Source: Dehalococcoidia bacterium
GTDB lineage: Bacteria > Chloroflexota > Dehalococcoidia > UBA2979
Reading direction: 5' to 3'
Length of the DNA: 64,000 bases
Assembly: GCA_963667465.2 (NCBI GenBank)
Contig: CAXXDN010000002.1
Location: forward strand, 1,088,001-1,152,000
Shown: piece by piece, positions 22,281-33,811 of the stretch
Layout: each line of letters opens with the position of its first letter
Position numbering within the stretch: position 1 is the first letter of the stretch
The notes under the pieces: model-generated
The model's database searches: none
What the model was told of the DNA's origin: nothing
What the model saw: only the letters and a program-made list of their open reading frames with translations
Translations under genes and position numbers: made by a program

Positions 22281-22513
22281 ACGGCTACTGTGAACTCCCC
22301 GGCAGCCGCGATGGCGGCGGGAAGCTCATCGCCGTGGCGCTCGCAGGATACGATGAAATCTGCCGCCACACCCTCGAGGTTAAACAGGGCCTCCTCGGCG
22401 GTCGCCCCCCACGCCCGGCAGCCCGGGAGCACGGGAACTTCCGCGAGGTACATGTCTTCTGTCTCCTCGGATGGCGCTCGCAGGGTGTACGGCAACCTGT
22501 ACTGCTTCGGCAT
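22277..22513 (-). CDS. hicB: HicB-family antitoxin (short form, no DNA-binding domain)
   Basis: 'YLAEVPVLPGCRAWGATAEEALFNL'; GTGA overlap with hicA. Confidence 0.9.
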   Translation of the reverse strand: MPKQYRLPYTLRAPSEETEDMYLAEVPVLPGCRAWGATAEEALFNLEGVAADFIVSCERHGDELPAAIAAAGEFTVAV

Positions 22514-22554
22514 CCCCACGCCCCCGGCGATGTCGCGTGACCTCTCTCGAGGAT

Positions 22555-22667
22555 ACCACGCAGGACTCTGTCGCCTGCTCGGCCTCAGCGAGGCGGAGTA
22601 CCAACGTCTTGAGGCAGATTGGACCATCGGCACCCTCTACAAGGGGGACACGACTTGGCGGGGCGGG
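22555..22667 (+). repeat. Direct repeat copy 2: degenerate duplicate of the CoA-transferase 3' end
   Basis: Translates HAGLCRLLGLSEAEYQRLEADWTIGTLYKGDT versus HELLCGLLGLSEGEYERLEADGVIGTVYTEDAT. Confidence 0.85.
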
Positions 22668-22731
22668 ACAGCGCCAGCCTCCAACCCCGGACACCGCCAG
22701 CACCATCGCGCGCGGCGCTACACTGGATTGC

Positions 22732-24626
22732 ATGACCGAGTCCGCTGTCCTCGAGCAGGCGCAGGCGCTTCCGGAGCGTCCGGGCGTCTACCTGATGAAG
22801 GACGCCCGCGGGCAGGTGCTCTACATCGGCAAGGCCCGCCGGCTGCGCTCCCGCGTGCGCTCCTACTTCGGCTCCGGCCGCAGCATGGAGCGCCGCATCC
22901 ACGCGCTCGTCGAGCAGATCGACACACTTGACCACGTCGTCACCAGCAACGAGGCGGAGGCGCTGCTGCTGGAGGCCACCCTCGTCAAGCGCCACCAGCC
23001 CATCTACAACGTCCGCCTCAAGGACGACAAGCACTACCCCTACCTCAAGATCGACGTGCAGGAGGACTGGCCGCGCGTCACCATCACCCGCCGCGTCGAG
23101 CAGGACGGCGCGCGCTACTTCGGGCCATACGCCTCGGCGGGCTCGGTGCGGCGCACGCTCGACGTGGTGAAGAAGCTCTTCCCCTGGCGCTCCTGCACCA
23201 AGACGATCACCGGCACCGACCCCCGCCCCTGCCTCGACTACTACATCAAGCGCTGCATCGCCCCGTGCACCGCTTACTGCACGCCCGAGGAGTACCGCCA
23301 GGTCATCGACCAGACGCTGCTCTTCCTCGAAGGCCGCAGCAGCGACGTGTTGAAGCACGTCGAGCAGCAGATGCACGAGGCCGCCGACGGCCTCGAGTTC
23401 GAGCGCGCCGCCCGCCTGCGCGACCAGGCCGAGGCGATCCGCCGCGTCACCGAGCGCCAGCGCATGGCCACCACCAACTCCTCGACGCCGACGTCTTCGC
23501 GCTGGCGCGCAGCGACGACGAGGCCTGCGTGCAGGTCTTTTTCGTGCGCGGCACCGTCGTCGCCGACACCGACTCGTTCATGCTCGACGGAGCGCGCGAG
23601 GCGCCCGACGCGAGCGACGCCGAGGTGCTGGGCGCCTTCCTCGCACAGTTCTACGAGTCGGCGACGTACGTGCCACGCAGCGTGCTGCTCTCGCAGGCGC
23701 CGGCCGACCGCAAGCAGTTGCGCGAGGCGCTGCGCGCGAAGCGCGGCGGCGCGGTCGAGATCGCCGTTCCGGAGCGCGGCGAGCTGCGCGCCCTCGTCGC
23801 CACCGCCGAGGAGAACGCCCGCGAGGCGCTGGCGATGCACCGCGTGCGCTGGCTCGCCGACCGCGACAAGACGGCCGCCGCGCTCTCCACGCTGCAGGAC
23901 GAACTCGACCTGCCGGAGCGTCCACAACGCATCGAGTGCTACGACATCTCCACGATCCAGGGCAGCGACACCGTGGCCTCGATGGTGGTGTTCGAGGACG
24001 GCCGCCCGCGCAGCGACCAGTACCGCCGATTCCGCATCCGCAGTGTCGAGGGCCAGGACGACTTCGCCTCGATGCGGGAGGTCCTGTCACGCCGCTTCAA
24101 GCGCCTCGCCGAGCGTATCGGGACGGAGCGCGAGACCGACGGGGAGGGAGAGCAGGCCGCCACCGAGGACAAGCCGGACGCGCCCGAGGCGCCGTGGGAC
24201 AGGCTTCCCGGCCTCGTGGTGATCGACGGCGGGCGAGGCCAACTCGGCGCGGCGCTCGACGTGCTCCGCGACCTCGGGCTCGGCGACGTGCCGACCTGCG
24301 GGCTGGCCAAGCGCGAGGAGGAGATCTACGTCGCAGACCTCGCCGAGCCGGTGCGCCTGCCACGCACCTCGCAGGCGCTCTACCTGCTGCAGCGCATCCG
24401 CGACGAGGCGCACCGCTTCGCCGTCACCTACCACCGCACCGTACGAGGCAAGCGCGTGCGCCAGTCCGCCCTCGACGCCGTCCCGGGCATCGGGCCGAAG
24501 CGCAAGCGCGCGCTGCTGCGCAAGTTCGGCTCGGTGAAGGCGCTGCGCGCCGCCTCGATCGAGGAGATCGCGGGCACACAGGGCGTCAGCCGCCGCCTCG
24601 CCGAGACCGTCAAGCGCTCGCTGTAG
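22732..24626 (+). CDS. uvrC: Excinuclease ABC subunit C, with one single-base frameshift near 23477
   Basis: GIY-YIG '[15 protein letters not shown]', '[13 protein letters not shown]', 'RIECYDIS', 'VIDGGRGQL', 'RDEAHRFA', HhH 'VPGIGPKR'; one base missing in ACC-AA-CTC-CTC-GAC. Confidence 0.93.
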
Positions 24627-24648
24627 CGCGCCGCAGGATCGCTGCCCC

Positions 24649-25383
24649 TTGTTCCGCAGCCCAATCTTCCGCCGGCTCAAGCGCAAGCGCTCCGATCGGC
24701 CAAACGGCGCGGCGACTGACGCGGCCCAAGCGCGCGCCGGGGCGCGTGAGGAGCTGGTGCGGCTCGTCGCCCGCGAGGTCGGCGACCGGCGAGTCCTGGA
24801 CGCGATGCGCTCGGTTCCCCGCCACGAGTTCGTGCCCTCCGAGCTGCGCGGCTTCGCCTACGAGGACAGCGCGCTCCCGATCGGCCACGACCAGACCATC
24901 TCGCAGCCGCTGATCGTCGGCCTGATGACGGAGGCAGCCGCCCTCGCCGGACTGGACGGCGGCGAGCGCGTGCTCGAGGTGGGGGCGGGATCGGGTTACC
25001 AGGCGGCGGTCCTCGCGCACCTCGCGAGCGAGGTCGTCGCGGTCGAGCGCATCGAGGATCTGCGCGCCGCCGCGGCTCGACGGCTCGAGCACCTGGGGCT
25101 GCGCAACGTGCGCTGCCTCGCCGCCGGCGAGCGGCTGGGCGCGCCGGATGAGGCGCCGTTCGACGCGATCCTGGTCACTGCCGCCGCGCCCTCGCTGCCC
25201 CCGGGGCTGGTCGCACAACTCGCCGAAGGCGGGCGGCTCATCATTCCCGTCGGTGGTCGCGAGGGGCAGGAACTGCTGGTCGTCACGAAGGACGGGGGCC
25301 GGGGGCGGCAGCGTTCGCTTGGCGGCTGCCGCTTCGTCCCGCTGATCGGCGACGAGGCGTTCCCGGAGCAGGGCGCATGGTGA
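24649..25383 (+). CDS. pcm: Protein-L-isoaspartate O-methyltransferase
   Basis: 'VPRHEFVP..AYED..LPIGHDQTISQP', 'VLEVGAGSGYQAA', 'PFDAILVTAA'; start uncertain. Confidence 0.93.
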   Translation: MFRSPIFRRLKRKRSDRPNGAATDAAQARAGAREELVRLVAREVGDRRVLDAMRSVPRHEFVPSELRGFAYEDSALPIGHDQTISQPLIVGLMTEAAALAGLDGGERVLEVGAGSGYQAAVLAHLASEVVAVERIEDLRAAAARRLEHLGLRNVRCLAAGERLGAPDEAPFDAILVTAAAPSLPPGLVAQLAEGGRLIIPVGGREGQELLVVTKDGGRGRQRSLGGCRFVPLIGDEAFPEQGAW

Positions 25384-25520
25384 GAGATTCGGCGTATCTT
25401 CTGTCGATCAGGGCGCGCACGCCGATCCCCATCCCCTATACTGGCGCGGCCCTGCCGCCGCCCCGCCCGGGATTCTCAGCGAGCGCCTGCGGACGGGCGC
25501 GAACGGACGCGAGGACGCCT

Positions 25521-27792
<2,272 letters not shown>

Positions 27793-27814
27793 CGGCGTCC
27801 CGGATGTGCCGCGT

Positions 27815-28201
27815 TCAGACTCCGGCGAGCCGCCGGGCGTCCTCGATGTAGTCGGCGGTTTCGCGAATCAGGCGTTCGATACCCTCGACAGGTTCGCACA
27901 GGCCGATGTAGAAGCACTCGCCGTGCTGGGCGCCCTGCCGCTCGTAGTAGCGAGCGCGTAAGGAGCCGGCGGCCGGCTGGACCCGCTCAAGCGCGCGCAG
28001 TCCGCTGCCTGTGTCCGGGGAGCGCCGGGGCTCCTCGCCGGTGCGGGCGAGGATCAGCGCGTCCGTTGCGCGTTTGGCAGCGCACCACGCCTTCTCCGCC
28101 GCGTCGCGGATGTCACCGGCCGCCATCCGCTCCAGGGCGGACTCTTGCATCCGGCGGGCGTCGGCGAAGGCGCTGCTGGCATCAGTCGCTGCGGTCGTCA
28201 T
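27815..28201 (-). CDS. HEPN/PaREP1-like small protein
   Basis: 'GDIRDAAEKAWCAAKRA' helix and 'RQGAQHGECFY' (R-x4-H); all-helical, 128 aa. Confidence 0.7.
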   Translation of the reverse strand: MTTAATDASSAFADARRMQESALERMAAGDIRDAAEKAWCAAKRATDALILARTGEEPRRSPDTGSGLRALERVQPAAGSLRARYYERQGAQHGECFYIGLCEPVEGIERLIRETADYIEDARRLAGV

Positions 28202-28309
28202 GGGCGCCCCGTCCAGCACGGGAGCGGTCGCACCGCGGATCGTAGCACGAGCGACGATCGGGACGGCGCGAACCTGCCTCTTCACTCACCGATCCCCCAC
28301 AATGCACGC

Positions 28310-29206
28310 ATGACCACCAACGGCGACCTGCGCGCACTCGACCCGCCGCAGCGGGTGTCCGGGATGCGCGTGCCCGAGGGCTGGACACTGCCCGGCAAGC
28401 CGGACGGGCTCTCGGCGGCGGCGGCCGACGCCTGGCGGCAGAGCGGCTTCCTGCTCGGCGAGGAATTGCAGGCCCTCGAGGCCGGGTTCGACCTGCAGGT
28501 GCGCGTCGCAGCCAGCGGCTACACGCCGCGGGCGCGCACGATGGCGATGGCGGCGCTCGCGAGCCTCTGGAGCCGCGCGCTGCTCAGCGCCTCGGACGCC
28601 GTCGCGCTCGTCCGGCGCGGCGCCTACCAGAGCGCCGCCCCGCTGATCCGCCAGGCGATCGAACACGTCGCCGCGCAGGCCGCGCTGCACGAGGAGCCCG
28701 ACGCCTTCGCGCAGTGGGCCGTCGCCGCCTACGAGCGCGACGAGGAGGCGCGCGCCGAGGAGGTCGGCCTCGGCCACTTCTTCGGCGGCGAGGCGATCGC
28801 CCGCGACGCTGCGCTGCGCCCGATCTACCGCGCCGCGGGCGACCTCGGGCGGCCCAACTTCGGCCCGACGGCGCTGTTCACGGCGGCCGACGCCGGCCGC
28901 CTGCGCTACCCCCTCGTCTTTGCCGACGAGGCGTTCCACCTTGGCTGGGCGCAGCTGCTGCTCGGCTGGCTGGTGCAGATCGACGCAAGCCAGCTGCACC
29001 TCGCGCTGCACACCCGCGACCACTTCCCCGCCACCGCGGAGCTGCGCGACGAGGCCGTCGCCCACGTCCGCGCCTCGGAACGCCTGCTCACGGAGGGCGA
29101 CCGTTGCCGCCTCGAGGAGCACACGGACGCCGAGGGCAGGCGACGCCACCTGATCGACAGCTTCCGCCGCCGGCCCGGCGACGCGCCGAAGCGAATCCTG
29201 CTCTGA
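28310..29206 (+). CDS. Hypothetical helical protein (weak DUF5677/HEPN-like resemblance)
   Basis: Host-like codon usage; 'SAAPLIRQAIE' segment. Confidence 0.7.
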   Translation: MTTNGDLRALDPPQRVSGMRVPEGWTLPGKPDGLSAAAADAWRQSGFLLGEELQALEAGFDLQVRVAASGYTPRARTMAMAALASLWSRALLSASDAVALVRRGAYQSAAPLIRQAIEHVAAQAALHEEPDAFAQWAVAAYERDEEARAEEVGLGHFFGGEAIARDAALRPIYRAAGDLGRPNFGPTALFTAADAGRLRYPLVFADEAFHLGWAQLLLGWLVQIDASQLHLALHTRDHFPATAELRDEAVAHVRASERLLTEGDRCRLEEHTDAEGRRRHLIDSFRRRPGDAPKRILL

Positions 29207-29320
29207 TGCGCCCGATCAGCGGGATCGAGCCGCCTCCGCCCCTCGCGGCAACGGGCCGAGGCGGTAGAATCGGGGCGAGGCCGTCGCTCCCCTCTCCCCG
29301 CACCGCGAGAGGATGACCGC

Positions 29321-30349
29321 ATGACCACCTCGAAGCTCCGAGTCGGCATCAACGGCTTCGGACGCACCGGACGCCAGTTCATGCGCGCCTGGTGGGAGCG
29401 CCACCGCGACACCTTCGATGTCGTCGCGATCAACGGCCGCACCCCGGTCGGGATGCACACGCACCTGCTGCGCTACGACTCGGACTACGGCCGCTTCCCG
29501 GCCGCGGTCAGCGACGGCGCCGACTGCTTCCGCATCGAGGACCACGAGGTGCACGTCTTCGCGGAGGACGACCCCACGCAGATTAGCTGGGGCGCCGTCG
29601 GTGTCGACGTCGTCGTCGAATCGACCGGCGCGTTCCGCAGCCGCGAGGCGGCGGGCCAGCACCTGCGCGACTCGGTGCGCAAGGTGATCATCTCGGCGCC
29701 GGGCAAGGACGAGGACTGGATGGTCATCCTCGGCGTGAACCAGGACGAGTACGACCCGGCGCGCCACCACGTGATCAGCGCCGGATCCTGCACTACCAAC
29801 TGCGTGGTGCCGGTGGTCAAGGTGCTGCACGACTCGTTCGGCATTGAGCGCGGGATGATGACCACGATCCACGCCTACACGCGCGACCAGAACCTCGTCG
29901 ACTCGAAGCACAGCGACCTGCGGCGTGCGCGGGCGGCCGGCCTCAACATCGTCCCGACCTCGACGGGCGCGGCGGGCGCCGTGGCGCAGATCGTCCCCGA
30001 CCTCAAGGGCAAGCTGACCGGCATCGCCTACCGCGTGCCGACGCCGACCGTCTCCGTGGTGGACCTCGCGACGGACCTCGCGAAGTCGGCCTCGGCCGAG
30101 GAGATCAACGAGGCCTTCCAGGCGGCGGCGGACGGCCCGATGAAGGGCATCCTCTACGCCGAGCGCGAGGAGCTGGTCTCGACGGACTTCAAGAGCCACC
30201 CCGGATCCTCGATCTTCGACGTGCCCGCGACGATGGTGGTGGACGGCGGCCGGATGGCGAAGACGATGGCCTGGTACGACAACGAGTACGGCTACTCGTG
30301 CCGCCTCGCCGACCTCTGCGCCCTCCTCGCGGAGCGCGGTCTGGAGTAG
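29321..30349 (+). CDS. gap: Type I glyceraldehyde-3-phosphate dehydrogenase
   Basis: 'GINGFGR', 'SCTTNC', 'DLRRARAA', 'RVPTPTVS', 'WYDNE'. Confidence 0.96.
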   Translation: MTTSKLRVGINGFGRTGRQFMRAWWERHRDTFDVVAINGRTPVGMHTHLLRYDSDYGRFPAAVSDGADCFRIEDHEVHVFAEDDPTQISWGAVGVDVVVESTGAFRSREAAGQHLRDSVRKVIISAPGKDEDWMVILGVNQDEYDPARHHVISAGSCTTNCVVPVVKVLHDSFGIERGMMTTIHAYTRDQNLVDSKHSDLRRARAAGLNIVPTSTGAAGAVAQIVPDLKGKLTGIAYRVPTPTVSVVDLATDLAKSASAEEINEAFQAAADGPMKGILYAEREELVSTDFKSHPGSSIFDVPATMVVDGGRMAKTMAWYDNEYGYSCRLADLCALLAERGLE

Positions 30350-30353
30350 CGGG

Positions 30354-30647
30354 CTACGCCACGCCCTGCCGCGCGAGCGCGAGTGCGAGCCGGTAGTCGG
30401 CATCAAGCCCGACCCAGATGTGCGCGGCCGTCCCGAGCACGGCTTCGAGCTGCAGCGCCGTCTCGGCAGAGATGCCCCGGCGGCCACGGACGATCTCGCT
30501 AATGAGCTGCGGCGGCCGCCCCATCAGCGTAGCCAGTTCGCGCTGCGACATCCCGCGCGCCTCAAGCTCCTCGGCGAGGAGTTCGCCGGGGTGGATCACC
30601 GCGTCCGAGACGGCCACGCGCTTCGCCGTGCTTGTCATGCTAGCCAT
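30354..30647 (-). CDS. higA: HigA/VapI-family antitoxin (HTH)
   Basis: 'IHPGELLAEEL..MSQRELA..ISEIVRGRRGISAETALQL'. Confidence 0.92.
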   Translation of the reverse strand: MASMTSTAKRVAVSDAVIHPGELLAEELEARGMSQRELATLMGRPPQLISEIVRGRRGISAETALQLEAVLGTAAHIWVGLDADYRLALALARQGVA

Positions 30648-30936
30648 GATAGTCCACCACCTCGACGACGATCACCGTGTCCGGATCGTCTCCCCGTTCG
30701 ATGATCAACCGCATCCGGCCCGTGAGCCGCAGTGCGTACTGGCCGCGCCGATCGCCTCTGAGCGGATGGAGCCCAAGAGCCCGGAATCCGTAGAGGTACT
30801 CGAATCCACGCGCCCGCTGGATCGCTCTGACTCGCTCGACGTAGCGGTCACCGACCTCGGGTCCCCACTCGCGTATGGCGAGGTCAAGACGCTCGAAGCA
30901 GCGCTCGAGGCGGCGCGTGCGAAAGTCGACCTCCAC
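30640..30936 (-). CDS. higB: HigB/RelE-family toxin
   Basis: 'LHPLRGDRRGQYALRLTGRMRLI...EVVDYH'; toxin-first order, overlapping higA. Confidence 0.92.
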   Translation of the reverse strand: MEVDFRTRRLERCFERLDLAIREWGPEVGDRYVERVRAIQRARGFEYLYGFRALGLHPLRGDRRGQYALRLTGRMRLIIERGDDPDTVIVVEVVDYHG

Positions 30937-31072
30937 GGACGCTCGCTCTCGGATGCCGCTCTCGCTCCTACTCGAACATAGCTCAGTTGCGTCACGCAGA
31001 GCCAGCGAGATGGCCCGTCTTGGGCTCTACCCCGCGACTCGCCGTACTCTTCGCCTTGCTACACTCCCCCCA

Positions 31073-32407
31073 ATGCTGGAAACACTCAGCGAGCGGCTGC
31101 AGGCCACGGTTGGCCGCCTCGGGAGCCGCGGGCGGATTACCGAGGACGACCTCGATACGGCGCTGCGCGAGGTGCGCATCGCGCTGCTCGAGGCGGACGT
31201 CAACTTCCAGGTCGTGCGCGACTTCGTCGCGCGCGTGCGGGAGCGCACCTCCGGCGCCGAGCTGCTGCAGTCGATCACGCCCGGCCAGCAGGTGATCGGC
31301 GCCGTCAACGACGAGCTGGTCGAGATCCTCGGCGGCGGCCACGAGCCGCTGCTGCGAGCGCAACGAGGACCGACCAAGATCCTCGTCTGCGGCGTGCAGG
31401 GATCGGGCAAGACCACGCTCGCGGGGCGGCTCGCGCTGCACCTCCAGAAGGACGGCCTGCAACCCCTGCTCGTCTCCACCGACTTCCAGCGCGCCGCCGC
31501 CTCCGAGCAGCTACGCGTCCTCGGCGACCAGATCGGCGTCCCCGTCTACGCCGAGGAGACCGCGGCGCCTGCCCCGGAGATCGGCAAGCGCGCGCTCGCC
31601 GAGGCGAAGCGCTCGGGCGCAGGCGCCGTCATCGTCGACACCCGCGGCGCGGTCGCCCTGGACGACGAGTTCGCCGACGAGCTGGCGGACCTCGCCGATG
31701 AGATCGACCCGACCGAGGTGCTGATCGTCGTCGACGCGATGACCGGCCAGGAAGCGGTCACGCTCGCCCGCGACTTCGACGACGCCGTCGAGGGCACCGG
31801 CATCGTCGTCACCAAGGTCGACTCCGACACGCGCGGCGGGGCCGTGCTCTCCGTGCGCCAGGTGACCGGCCTGCCGATCAAGTTCCTCACCACCGGCGAG
31901 CGCCTCGAGGCGCTGGAGGCCTTCCACCCGGACCGCTTCGCCTCGCGGATTCTCGGCATGGGCGACGTGGTGTCGCTGGTCGAGAAGGCGAAGGAGACGA
32001 TCGGCGAGCGCGACGCGAAGGATGTCGCGCGACGCATGCAGCGGGGCGAGTTCGACCTCGAGGACTTCCTGACGCAGATGCAGCAGATGCAGCAGATGGG
32101 CCCGATCTCGGGCCTGCTCGACATGCTGCCCGGGGCCGGCCAGATGAAGCAGCAGCTCGCCATCCCGGACGTGGGCGAGGACTTCTGGAAGCACAACGAG
32201 GCGATCATCCTCTCGATGACCCCGGCCGAGCGCCGCCACCCGGAGCTCATCGATGGATCGCGCCGCCGCCGCATCGCCGCCGGGTCGGGCAAGCAGCCGG
32301 CGGACGTGAACCGCCTGCTCAACCAGTACCGCGAGGCAAAGAAGCTGATGGTGGCGATGACCTCGGGCACGGGCGCGGGCGGCCTCGGGCGGTTGCTCGG
32401 GCTGTAG
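31073..32407 (+). CDS. ffh: Signal recognition particle protein
   Basis: 'ALLEADVN', 'GVQGSGKTT', 'DAMTGQ', 'FHPDRFASRILGMGDV', M-domain 'SMTPAER..SRRRRIAAGSG'. Confidence 0.95.
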   Translation: MLETLSERLQATVGRLGSRGRITEDDLDTALREVRIALLEADVNFQVVRDFVARVRERTSGAELLQSITPGQQVIGAVNDELVEILGGGHEPLLRAQRGPTKILVCGVQGSGKTTLAGRLALHLQKDGLQPLLVSTDFQRAAASEQLRVLGDQIGVPVYAEETAAPAPEIGKRALAEAKRSGAGAVIVDTRGAVALDDEFADELADLADEIDPTEVLIVVDAMTGQEAVTLARDFDDAVEGTGIVVTKVDSDTRGGAVLSVRQVTGLPIKFLTTGERLEALEAFHPDRFASRILGMGDVVSLVEKAKETIGERDAKDVARRMQRGEFDLEDFLTQMQQMQQMGPISGLLDMLPGAGQMKQQLAIPDVGEDFWKHNEAIILSMTPAERRHPELIDGSRRRRIAAGSGKQPADVNRLLNQYREAKKLMVAMTSGTGAGGLGRLLGL

Positions 32408-32415
32408 GGGGCCGG

Positions 32416-32448
32416 CCCTCACCCCAACCCTCTCCCTCGGGGCGAGGG
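32416..32448 (+). repeat. REP-like CCCTCACCCCAACCCTCTCCC..GGGCGAGGG element
   Basis: Resembles the widespread intergenic CCCTCTCCC/GGGAGAGGG hairpin repeat; lies just after the ffh stop. Confidence 0.55.
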
Positions 32449-32541
32449 CGCAGGTGGCCGGTGGCAGGCTGACGCTAGCGCGTGCGCGCGGTAGGCTGGC
32501 CCACAGCGCTCGCGAGGGCGGGCGTAAGCGAGAGGCAACGC

Positions 32542-32862
32542 GTGCTCCGTATCCGGCTCCGCCGCACCGGTCGTTCCAAGGCCCCCTACTACCGCGTGGT
32601 CGTGGCCGACCAGCGCGCGCCGCGCGATGGCGACTTCGTCGAGATCATCGGGCACTACAACCCGCGCTCGGAGCCCAAGGAGCTGGTCTTCAAGGAAGAG
32701 CGCGTGCGCCACTGGCTCTCCCAAGGCGCGCGCCCGAGCGAGACCGTGCACCGCCTGCTCCACCGCGAGGGCCTGATCGACGAGCCTCCGCGCCAGCGCC
32801 TGTCCAAGCCGAGCCGTGCCGAGCGTGAGGCGGCCGCAGCCGCAGCCGCCGAGGACGCGTAG
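32542..32862 (+). CDS. rpsP: 30S ribosomal protein S16
   Basis: 'LRIRLRRTG..APYYRVVVADQRAPRDG..IGHYNP..WLSQGARPSETV'. Confidence 0.96.
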   Translation: MLRIRLRRTGRSKAPYYRVVVADQRAPRDGDFVEIIGHYNPRSEPKELVFKEERVRHWLSQGARPSETVHRLLHREGLIDEPPRQRLSKPSRAEREAAAAAAAEDA

Positions 32863-32875
32863 CGAAACGACACCG

Positions 32876-33103
32876 ATGAAAGAACTGATCGAGTACCTCG
32901 CCCGCGGCCTCGCCTCCCGGCCCGACGAAATCGTCGTCGAGGCGGAAGAGCGCGGCGACCAGATCGTCTTCCACCTCGAATGCGCCGAGCAGGACAAGGG
33001 CCGCATCATCGGCCGCGAGGGCCGCGTCGTGAACGCGATGCGGTCACTGCTGCATGTCGCCAGCATCCGCGCCGGCGTGCGCACCTCGCTCAACATCGAG
33101 TAG
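32876..33103 (+). CDS. khpA: KH-domain RNA-binding protein KhpA
   Basis: 'MKELIEYLARGL..DKGRIIGREGR'; canonical position between rpsP and rimM. Confidence 0.92.
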   Translation: MKELIEYLARGLASRPDEIVVEAEERGDQIVFHLECAEQDKGRIIGREGRVVNAMRSLLHVASIRAGVRTSLNIE

Positions 33104-33110
33104 CCCCGCC

Positions 33111-33731
33111 GTGCCCTCGCCGTCCCGGCCGTCACGGACGCGCCGGCAGCGCGGCGCCGCCGCCTCCCGCTCCGCCACCCGTCCAGCCCGCCGCCGCGAT
33201 CGCACGCCCGACGCCACCGAGGCCACGGGCGCACCCGGCCGCGTCGCCGTCGGGCGCATCAACAGCACCTGGGGGCTGCGCGGGCACGTCAAGGTCACGC
33301 CGCTCACCTCGAACCCGCAGCGTTTCCAGCCGGGCGCCGTCGTGTTCGTGCGCGGCGAGCCGCGGCGCATCCTCGACGTCGCCACTCCGCGCGGCTACCC
33401 CTGCATCGTCTTCGAGGGCTACGAGGACAGGACCGCGGCGGACGCGCTGCGCGATACGCTGATCGAGATCGCCGAGGACGAGTTGCCGGCCCTGCCCGAG
33501 GGCGAGTACTACGTCCACGACCTCGTCGGTCTCACCGTCCTCGACGCGGGCGGGCAGGCGATCGGCGAGTTGGCCGAGGTGCTGCGCACCGGCGCGAACG
33601 ACGTCTACCTCGTGCGCCGCGAGGGCGCACGCGACCTGCTCATCCCCGCCATCCCCGAGGTGATCCGCAATGTCGATCTGCCCGCGGGGCGGATGAGGAT
33701 CGACCCGCTGCCGGGGCTGCTCGAGGGCTGA
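33111..33731 (+). CDS. rimM: Ribosome maturation factor RimM
   Basis: 'VGRI..WGLRGHVKV', 'LPEGEYYVHDLVGL', 'TGANDVY', 'LLIPAI'. Confidence 0.93.
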   Translation: MPSPSRPSRTRRQRGAAASRSATRPARRRDRTPDATEATGAPGRVAVGRINSTWGLRGHVKVTPLTSNPQRFQPGAVVFVRGEPRRILDVATPRGYPCIVFEGYEDRTAADALRDTLIEIAEDELPALPEGEYYVHDLVGLTVLDAGGQAIGELAEVLRTGANDVYLVRREGARDLLIPAIPEVIRNVDLPAGRMRIDPLPGLLEG

Positions 33732-33811
33732 GCGGAGTCGTTCGCGCACGCTCCCGGCGCGGCGCGCGTGGTTTGCCGCTCGCCGGTGGGCGGCCCATAC
33801 TCGAAATCCGT

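Noticed and set aside
23461-23495. Programmed frameshifting in uvrC or the MMPL gene
   Set aside because: No slippery sequence or precedent; a sequencing error or simple mutation is more parsimonious.
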